The notes under the pieces are model-generated. The model saw nothing but the letters and a program-made list of their open reading frames with translations. It was not told where the DNA came from and did no database searches. From NCBI GenBank assembly GCA_010356995.1, contig ML996691.1, positions 62,001-103,762 of the forward strand: 41,762 nucleotides of DNA, read 5' to 3'. Numbering within the stretch: position 1 is the first letter of the stretch; each line of letters opens with the position of its first letter. This document shows positions 33,324 through 41,762 of the stretch, in pieces. This stretch comes from Trichodelitschia bisporula. Its lineage: Eukaryota. The position numbers and the translations under genes were made by a program.

Positions 33324-33660
33324 GAAGTCTAGATAGTGTAGAAATCCACTCTGCTTTTTGTGCTCTAATTAGGCGTCTGGCTGTGTTGCTATCAAATGTC
33401 AATGGTGGCTGCATCTGTGGTGCCAAATGCTGCCGTCCCGTGCAAATGTTTCGTGTCCCAAAATTCCAGGCCCCAAGCTTTGACCCCAACGCAACCTCAA
33501 CGCGCCGATATTCTGTCCCTCCAACTGCCACCGCCCCCTCGGCCACCCCATCGGCCACCCATCAAACGCACGTCGCCCACCGAACCCACACCGCCACCAC
33601 ACCAAGTCTACAGACTGATTGCACACCGAAAATCATTTCTATCGCTGTCTCGCACCCGCC

Positions 33661-34815
33661 ATGGCCTCCACGTCCGGCCTCACGCGCCGCCGTGGTGCAG
33701 CCGCCAACGACGAGCGAGTCGCCAGTCCAACCCCCCGCGACGCCCCCGAAACCAGCTACGAGTCGTCAGAAAATGGACACAAGATCGCCTTTGACCCGCG
33801 CGACATCAGCGAGAGCGCTGAGCGCAATAAGCAGCCGAAGCTGACGCTCATGGAGGAGGTCTTGCTGATGGGACTCAAGGACAAGCAGGTGAGTTCCACC
33901 AGGCCCATAGCCCGTGTCGCGCCCCGCTGACCATAAGGGCTACCTCTCGTTCTGGAACGACAACATCTCCTACGCCCTTCGCGGGTGCATCGTCATCGAA
34001 CTCGCCTTCCGCGGCCGCATAAGCATGCAGAAAGATGCCTCACGGCGCCGGTTCCCGCTGCAGGACCGCCCAATCGAGGTCATCGATGACACACTCACCG
34101 GCGAGGTACTTCTCGACGAGGCGCTGAAGATGATGAAGACAAGCGAGAAAATGAGCGTGGCGTCATGGATCGACCTAATGAGTGGTGCGTCTCGTACATA
34201 CTGCTGAACACCCTCTCATCGCTAATCACAGGCGAAACGTGGAATCTTATGAAGATCGGCTACCAGCTGAAGCAGGTTCGCGAACGTCTCGCCAAAGGAC
34301 TCGTCGATAAGGGCGTGCTCCGCACCGAGAAGCGCAACTTTCTGCTCTTTGACATGGCAACGCATCCCGTCGCGGACAGCGGCGCAAAGGACGAGATCCG
34401 CCGGCGTGTGCGCACCATCCTGACGAGCCGTACTGTGGTGCTGCCACCGTCGCCATTCCTCCCCGAAGAGACAGAGTTCCGCTACTTGCGCACGGTTTCG
34501 ATGGTCTGCGCTGCGTATGCGGCCAACGTGCTCGAGAACGCGCTCAGCAACCTTGGACACGAGGCGCGCGAGCGTGCGTTCGCTCAGGTCGACGAGTTGC
34601 TCGCCGAGTACTCGCAGTGGCCGTTCCAGCGGCGCGCGGGTAGTGGCGGTATCGGCGCGAATCTGGCGCAGGTGGTTACGGAGGAGGTCAACGCAGCCAA
34701 GGACAAGGAGTTGCAGCTGGAGGTGAGTTTGTCCCGATCTTCTCGCTCATCGCTAACACCCCAGGTCGTCGCTGCGTGCCTCAGTGTGTTCACTCGGTTG
34801 GACTCATTATTGTAG
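33661..34815 (+). CDS. VPS74: Golgi phosphoprotein 3 / Vps74; exons 33661-33888, 33938-34184, 34232-34722, 34765-34815
   Basis: GLTRRR N-terminus, [88 protein letters not shown]. Confidence 0.97.
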
Positions 34816-34840
34816 TTTAGCGGTGCAAGGCGTTAGGTTT

Positions 34841-35942
34841 TTAGTCTACAGTGCAGATAATCTTGCCCTTCGTCTCGTTGCGCTCCATGGCCTCGTGCGC
34901 GGCGACTATCTCGGTCCACGGCATCACGCGGTCAACATGCATCTTGAACGTGCTCCCAAACCCGGGCAGCCGCTCTGCCAGCATGTCACGCAAAGTGCGT
35001 TGATACTCCACGCTCCTCGACCGCAGCGTCGACCCGCGCACCGTAATCCTGCGCCGTACGAAGCCACTAATATCCACACCATCCGGTAACTTCGTCCCGC
35101 CCAGGGCGCCCAGCGTCACGCACACACCGTCCATAGCGAGCACATTCAGGTTCTGTTGAAAGTACGGCGCTCCAACGTAGTCAATCACGATGTCCACGCC
35201 GCGCCCACCCGTCATGCCGAGGATCTCGTCGTCCCACGCCGGCGTCGCGCTGGTGTCGACCGCTCCGTCTGCCTTGAGCACGTCCCTGCAGAAGGCCGCC
35301 TTTTCCGCTTGTCGCGTGGTCGCGTACACCGCGCTTGCGCCCCCTGCGCGCGCGAGTTGCTGCCCCGCGATGGACACGCCTGACGCGCCCGCGTGCCAAA
35401 GGACAGACTTACCCTCCGCAAACCCGCCAACGAGGAACAGTGCCTGCAGCGCCGTAATCCAAGTCTAATCATCAGCATCGTCCCCATATCCAGCAGCCCA
35501 CATACCTCAGGTATCCCCGCCGCCTCCTCATAACTCATCCCCTCAGGCTTGTGCAGCAGCATCGCTGTATCCACCGCTATATACTCAGCGTACGCGCCCC
35601 CGTACGCAAGCCCGAACACGGCGTCCCCGACCGCGAACCCGCCCTCCGCCTTCTCGCCAAGCTCCGCGATCTCGCCGCTGAATTCGACGCCGAGAACTTT
35701 GCTCGCGCCGGCGGGGACGGGGTAGTACCCTAGCCGCTGTAGGAGGTCCATCCTATTCAGGCCGAAGGCGCGGATGCGCACGAGAGCTTGGCTGGGTCCG
35801 CGGGTGGGAAGCGGGGTGGCATCGTTAATAAACAGCGCTGAGGCGGGGCCGGCGCCATTTTTGATGTCTGGTACTTCGTCAATTGTATTCCCCCGGGGAG
35901 GGAGGCAGACGTACCGACTGCACGCATGGTTTTGGATGTCAT
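34841..35942 (-). CDS. NADPH:quinone oxidoreductase, PIG3/zeta-crystallin-like MDR; exons 35942-35915, 35867-35506, 35464-34841
   Basis: AFGLNRMDLLQR.G.YP, LGVEFSG, GLAYGGAYAEY, AAGIPE|TWITALQAL, WHAGASGVS, GSTLRSRS, AHEAMERNETKGKII. Confidence 0.93.
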
Positions 35943-37326
35943 GTTGGCGGTTTGGGATGTAGTGTGCTACGAGTGGCAGTTGGCTATGCTTTTGAGAGCG
36001 CAGGAGCTGCGCTGTTGCGGGGCGCTGACGACATGATGCTGACTATTGCGGAGGGCCCTGGTCCCGGTTCGGGTGAACCGATCCCGCACTGCGGGGGCCG
36101 GGTGATGTTACGTGCGTACGGTATACTGGGAGCCCTGTTCGGCTGAGCCGGTGTAGCGAGACTGGCCGAATGCGAAGGTTTGACGAGCGGAGCGACGGGC
36201 GAGGAATTGCTCCGAGTGAGGTCCGGGCGACGGATTTGTCGCGGAAGGGATGCAGGAACGGCTCCGTGCTGAGGGTGACTGCCGATGCCCCGCATTTTCG
36301 GGCTTTGGTGACGAATCGCGCTTTTGGTATATGAGGCAGCACGTGATAATTCAACTCGCGCGTGAAGGTTCAACAGCACCAGGTCCTGCTCGGAGGTTTA
36401 TTTCATGTGTGATATCCAATTGGCTGAGTTAATTCCTAGTGTACGTAGTATTTGAAAGACTGATACCGTACTGTACGCGCACGTTTGGATGGCTGTCGTT
36501 GGTATCCCGGTATCGCATCCTCCTTCATCCTGACGCGTTGACGACCAGCCTCGTCGAGCCGCTGATGGCTACACAGATAAACTCAGTTTCTTACTGAGAG
36601 ACAGTTGAGCCGAATACATGGCAAATGTGCTAACTCCCAGGCTTCATGTCGAAGGCTTCCGGAGAATGGTTTTTCCGCGCTTGTTGGGTATACTTCAGCA
36701 GCAACTGGAGATAGATTCCCATCCATCATGTGATGCGATTTAGGGCGATGACTCTCAGAGGGGCGGCCTGTCTGTTTTGGACCGGTGAGATGGCGGCTTC
36801 ACACCTCTATACATTCGTATGTAAGTTATTCCAACCTCACTACGGCATCCAGTTCATTTCCTCTATCCAGATATATACCTCAGTCGGGTGCATCAAACTG
36901 TTACTCTCCGCTCTAAAAGCCAAGGTGGGTTATTGCGAAGCTCTAGTTCTAATCGAAGAGGTAGACATTGCAGATTTTTCTGAACCGGCATCCCATTGTC
37001 CTCAAAGTCTCACCCGACCTGACAGTGACCCCATCTGGACGGGACGCCTACTTTATCAATTCACTTTGGAAGGTTCCTTGACCAAGGGCATGGGCCGTGA
37101 TGTACAAAACTAGAGATGCGAGCATACGAGTGAAGAGCTGACGAGTAGGTGACGGCTTATTGTCACCACGAACAGGTGACGGCTCGGCGTCACATATGCG
37201 GCCTTTCACAGAGGCTTATGTGTATAAAGCTCAGAATCAACGCCTTCTTCTCCTTCTTCCTTCAAAAACCACTATCAGAACACCCACTACCACAACACCT
37301 AACCATTTTCAACTAAGCCCTTCATC

Positions 37327-38337
37327 ATGTGCAAAATCCATATCGAAGACTACACCGACTGCGGCCACTTTCGCATTGATCACATCCAGGAATGCGCGGA
37401 GCCTCCCTCTCGGGGTCACCTCGTGGTTATCCAGAGCTCCGGGCTGCGTGAGGGCGTTTGTAGAGGGTGTTTCACTCGGGGCCGCGCCATGTATGAAATG
37501 CTGCGGGAGTACGAGTTGGATCGCATCCTGGGATTTCCTGGTCCCGCTCCTCCTTCTCGGTTCACCCATGGCCATAGCGCTCACCCCTTCGAGCCTCCGG
37601 CTCCCCGCGGTTTCTCCCGCCATACTCACGGCGGTTCAAGCCGGCTGAGCGATCTGTCCCATACAAATCCTGATAATGATGACACTTTCCTCTTCGAATA
37701 CGTTCGCCAGCATCCGGACGACATCGAGATGGTGGAAGAGCTCCTCCATCAGATGCGGAATGACTTGAATGCTCGCCTGCACCGCGGCCCTAACTCATAT
37801 GCCGGTCCGTCGGGTAGCTCGGCTTCTCAGACGCGCGGCCATGCATCCCGCTCGTCTTCTCAGGCTTGCGGCCATTCATCTCGCTCGTCTCGGGCCGCCT
37901 ACCCCCATGCCGGTTCGTCAGCTACCTCGGCTTCTCGTGGAGGCAGCGCTCCTGCTCAGGCCGGTACTCGGGCCAATGCCACTCGGGCCAATGCTACTCG
38001 GGCCAATGCTACTCGGGCTTATACTCCATCTCAGCATGACATTCAAACCCTCCTTGATCGCCTTTCGAACGGGGCTAGGCATCGTTCCGATGAGTCGGGC
38101 CCTTCGTATGCCCCTAGTGGCAATACCCAAGCTCAAGGCCACGCCACTACCGAGACAGCTCCCGCCAATGGTCCGGCTCAGACAGCTACGGGCGATGCTC
38201 CTCACGCCACTGAGGCAGATACTGACTCCCCTACCAATGCGACTGAAGGCTCCCATACCGAGGCCGATTCTCACTCTGACACCGAAGCCTCTCCTCCAAA
38301 GGAGCAGGAGAAGCTTCCTCCTTTTGTTGGACACTAG
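37327..38337 (+). CDS. Orphan 336-aa protein: N-terminal MC..CGH..C..H..CxxC motif plus a long disordered tail with TRANA repeats
   Basis: Intact ORF; GTATAAAGCTC TATA at 37222; 15-bp tandem repeat at 37966-38019. Confidence 0.7.
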   Translation: MCKIHIEDYTDCGHFRIDHIQECAEPPSRGHLVVIQSSGLREGVCRGCFTRGRAMYEMLREYELDRILGFPGPAPPSRFTHGHSAHPFEPPAPRGFSRHTHGGSSRLSDLSHTNPDNDDTFLFEYVRQHPDDIEMVEELLHQMRNDLNARLHRGPNSYAGPSGSSASQTRGHASRSSSQACGHSSRSSRAAYPHAGSSATSASRGGSAPAQAGTRANATRANATRANATRAYTPSQHDIQTLLDRLSNGARHRSDESGPSYAPSGNTQAQGHATTETAPANGPAQTATGDAPHATEADTDSPTNATEGSHTEADSHSDTEASPPKEQEKLPPFVGH

Positions 38338-38895
38338 CCGCTGTTCTTGGGGTACGCATGCGCCCCCTCGGAGGGCGGTCTCAGCGGTCCGACAGGGCTG
38401 GCAGCCAGTCCAGATCCTAGTTCTTTTTTATGTCCAATCAATCATTGCAGTTTGTCACACAGCTTTTCGCAGCCCGTTGTGGATTCGGCATTGGTCTAGG
38501 TAGGCTGCTAAGGGGTCTGTACACTGCGCAGGATGAGTGCAAGATACTGAAAGAACGACAAATAGAAAAAAAGATTGACAACATATGTAAGGCGTGCCAT
38601 TCCAGACGTGATACTCTAGGCTAATACTCTGAGCGTGAAGTGTGCCTGGGAAAGTGAGTGCCCGGCTTGTGACTCGAGAGGACATATGCTACTCCTAAGC
38701 AGTCAATCGACGCCAAGCTGCAAACAATGAATATCTGCCATTGCTCACCCACCCAATTCACCCAATCCGTAAGATAAGTTTCCACAGGCTGCTCCAATCC
38801 TCTCCCATTCATCGCAGCATCAAAATCTTCCACTCGCAAACGCATCCCCAACCCCAACCACCTTCCAACAATTCTCACCACCCCCAACCGCAACC

Positions 38896-39345
38896 ATGTG
38901 CACCATGGACCTCGTCAAATACGCCAACTGCGGCCACGCAGCCGAGTACACCTTCAACCCCTGCTACTTCAAAGGCCGGGAGGACCACATGACCGTCATG
39001 TACCGGACGATCACCACGACGCCCTGCGCCGCATGCGAACAGAGCAAAGTCCGTTCGCAGCGCAACACCGCCTTCTCGGAGACCTCAGGCCCGTCTGTAC
39101 CCGTACAGCCCGGCCCGAACTATTCCACCATCCACTTCATCAACTACGGAGCGTGTGGCCATGTCGGCAAACTCGAGGTCGTTCAAACGGGCAATGGCGG
39201 CCCGGACAGGGGTTACTTCCTGGCCACGGCTACCAAGGATGAACTCTGCCCGGCGTGTCTGCCTCCGAAGCTAGCGCCTCAGATGCCGGCCCCTCAGATG
39301 TCAGCGCCGCAGATGCCAGGGCCTCAGTTGCCAACGAGCGGCTGA
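38896..39345 (+). CDS. 149-aa protein with two copies of the CGH..CxxC motif and a PQMPx repeat tail
   Basis: caaccATG context; MCTMDLVKYANCGH..C..H..CAAC and YSTIHFINYGACGH..CPAC. Confidence 0.7.
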   Translation: MCTMDLVKYANCGHAAEYTFNPCYFKGREDHMTVMYRTITTTPCAACEQSKVRSQRNTAFSETSGPSVPVQPGPNYSTIHFINYGACGHVGKLEVVQTGNGGPDRGYFLATATKDELCPACLPPKLAPQMPAPQMSAPQMPGPQLPTSG

Positions 39346-39966
39346 GACACCAGCGTCGAGGCTGTGGGGGAACTGGACACGGCTTTGCTTAAGCCCTCGC
39401 GCTTATCTTCCTCCGAAACTGGAAAGACATCTAGAATGCTGTCTCAACCTCTGGCCTTCATCAACTGTCAACACACAACTTCTCCTTCCCCGCGTCGCAT
39501 GATGACGATGGGCTCAGGAGGTACTCAGTGGATCAATAATTAAAAAACATAAACATTCTTACAATGTCTTTTGCCCTTCGCCATATGCCGTCACCAGCAG
39601 AGGAAGCTGCTATTGCAATGTGATTGTCAAAGCCAGTAGCCTCGATTAGCGAAGTTTATCTACAATTTGATCCAATTTGACCAAAAGCTAGGCTTGAAAG
39701 TTTCAGTGACGATGTGCGAGAGGCCGGAGAAGCAACCTGACGTGGGGTTGAAATAAGATTCGTCGACGGTAGGGCCGAACATGGGATATCCCTAGGGAAC
39801 TTTATAGATCTAGTGGCGGATATCGCTATCCCTTACCGTACTTCACGGTAGTACAAAACTAGGAGCATCGGCGAGACTTAAAATAAAATAGTTAGCGGCT
39901 CGGCCCGATACCGTAGAGCTAAGGACTTTAATCCTACTCACCCCACACAACCAAAAAAGTGAAAAA

Positions 39967-40084
39967 ACATACAGCAGTTGGGATTCGCTGCTGGTCACCC
40001 ACGCAACTACTAGTCAACCGGTTCGAAGCTTAACTTCAGTGAGCAGACGGGGACTGGTGTACTCTTCGACCTGTGGCCGTATGT
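39967..40084 (-). rRNA. 5S rRNA (dispersed copy)
   Basis: Reverse complement ACATACGGCCACAGG..CCCGTCTGCTC..AAGTTAAGC..TAGTAGTTGCGTGGGTGACCAGCAGCGAATCCCAACTGCTGTATGT (118 nt). Helix I fully paired, followed by an oligo-T Pol III terminator. Confidence 0.95.
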
Positions 40085-40422
40085 AGTGGGCTGTGTTGCC
40101 GTTCAAATAATAGCTGGCGAAAAAGACGGAAGCATTGTCAAAAGAAGTGTTAGCTCTCCGAGCGAGAGCGTTCTTGGGTTGGAATAGGGGACGTGCGTTA
40201 AGCTGCGGAGCATCTCCCCTCGATCAGCCGGCTGAGCAGAAACCTTCACGAGCCTCCTGAAAAATTATCATGGCCACCTCGCCTGGCTGATTTTGCGGAC
40301 GGGACAGCTATGACTTTTTCAGCTGGTCCTTCGGCCAGAGTGTCGGCTTACATTAAGCTTCGGAGCTCCTCCCGCTGAACGAGCCGATCAGCAAGCTTCC
40401 GGGGTGCAAAAAAAGACAAAAA

Positions 40423-40540
40423 GCATACAGAAGCTGGGATTCGCTGCTGTTCGCCCACGCAACTAACAGTCAACCGGTTCAAAGCTTAACTTCAGTGAGC
40501 AGACGGGCACTGGTGTTCTCTTTGACCTGTATCCGTACCC
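40423..40540 (-). rRNA. Second 5S rRNA copy, sequence variant or pseudogene
   Basis: 118 nt collinear with the first copy, with an oligo-T terminator. 5' end GGGTACGGAT weakens helix I. Confidence 0.75.
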
Positions 40541-41593
40541 TTAGCTCAATAAGAAAAGTGCTCAATCTGGACTAGCCTATGCATTGTCATCCATGCTAGC
40601 TAATACTTTCCTCCGCCTTGCCGCTAAATCCAGCGCCAGATTTCCTTCAATTGGAAATTACTGACGCGCTAAGTGATTTTAGATGGGTAGTAACATGTGC
40701 TCGTCCTGCCCTCCGCATTGAACCACAACGCCTCCCTTAAATCGCCCCGTCTTCGGCCTGTCGCCGCCTCCCCTCTCCAGAACCGGCCCGGTTGGACCTG
40801 CAAGCGAAGTATCATAAGTATGGAAAGCGTCATATCTCAATTAAGCGGGGGCGCCTGTTAGGACCCCTATTCCGTCTTTCGCAGTGTCAGCTCTGCCTCA
40901 ACGTGACTCAGGCAACACTACCCCACACTCCGAGTCTGCGAGTGGGGTGGCTAGGGGGCTAAGTGTGGAGTTGTACCGTGGTGAGGGAAGGGAAGACGAG
41001 CCGAGGCAGTGGCGCAGGTGGCGAGAGTGAGTTGGTGGCACGGGTGAAGTTGGTGGGCGCGGATGGAGATGGTGGCGCGGGTGGAGGTGGCGCGGGTGGA
41101 GGTGGCGCTCAAGAATGGGGCCCTCTGTGCAGGGTCTCAGATGACAAAGATAGGATTATCCGCCTAGCCTCCTAACGCAGTTTCGCGTCTTTATCAATGG
41201 AGGCTAATGAAGGACATGGTGTACGTAACCGTCTCCCTTTTCCGGCATTGATCAGGTTGAGCTAGGGTCTGGTCCCGTCTTCATCAACGCTCTGCTCGAC
41301 GCAAGAACTGGGAGTGGAAAGCATTGAACACAGCTACTACATTCCATGATACCTTCTCTGTGGACTGAAGGAATGGTTAATTCCAGATGTTTCCAGATCC
41401 CCATTGCATTGAAGCCATTACTTCACTGATCTGGCGACATTTTTGTACGCCACTGTTACCATTTGGTAATGGAGTGCTTGATTTCAAAGCCGTACGATTC
41501 CCATTTGTAATCCTTTGCCACTTCACTCTCAAAGAGGTATAAAAGGGCTAATACCGTAACGGGGGCGGGTGAAGAGGAGGTTGGGAGAAATAT

Positions 41594-41762
41594 TTAGCAA
41601 ATGAATTCCATGCACAGCACTTGACCAGACATACATCCCCAGCCAACCTTACCCTCGTGGATAGCGACAGCGCCAGGGCCCGAACTGCAATACTCGGCTG
41701 GAAGCCAAAGAAGCTTTTCCGTGCCCCTAGTTACCCATTGCTCCTGGACAATTATGGACCGT
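41594..41762 (-). CDS. C-terminal end of a probable NACHT-WD40 (HET-E/NWD-like NLR) protein, truncated by the window edge
   Basis: Not in the ORF track. Translates RSIIVQEQWVTRGTEKLLWLPAEYCSSGPGAVAIHEGKVGWGCMSGQVLCMEFIC*, matching the W..G..LLWLP.EY..AV..V..GC.SG.V..F terminal motif of fungal NACHT-WD proteins. Confidence 0.75.
   Translation of the reverse strand, partial: RSIIVQEQWVTRGTEKLLWLPAEYCSSGPGAVAIHEGKVGWGCMSGQVLCMEFIC

Noticed and set aside
36400..37150. 127-aa ORF 36730-37113 and neighbours
   Set aside because: No recognisable motif; could be a relic but cannot be supported.
1..41762. CRISPR arrays, tRNAs, intact transposons or a secondary-metabolite cluster
   Set aside because: No repeat-spacer array, cloverleaf, transposase/RT or PKS/NRPS was seen; the ACP is the mitochondrial housekeeping type.

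Overview
Eukaryotic fungal genomic DNA: a filamentous ascomycete (Pezizomycotina; Dothideomycetes is a guess), GC-rich, with short spliceosomal introns carrying CTAAC/CTGAC branch points. Two conserved gene blocks are present. Block 1 (about 1-12.6 kb) holds an EI24/Lds-like membrane protein, RTG2, TAF12, a CorA-like protein and a bicupin oxalate decarboxylase/oxidase. Block 2 (about 31.4-36 kb) holds complex I TYKY/NDUFS8 head-to-head with mitochondrial ACP, then VPS74 and a PIG3-like quinone oxidoreductase. Accessory regions lie between and after these blocks. They contain an intact HET-domain gene flanked by two decayed paralogous copies, a secreted protein with copper-monooxygenase (PHM-like) ligand motifs, a spherulin/germin cupin, a three-copy tandem orphan family in progressive decay, three small genes sharing an N-terminal Cys/His motif, two different dispersed 5S rRNA copies and the 3' end of a NACHT-WD40-like gene. 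The most striking unannotated structure is a gap-free 82-bp-arm hairpin inside an unusually long intron of the CorA-like gene. All calls come from reading and translating by eye; no database searches were run.
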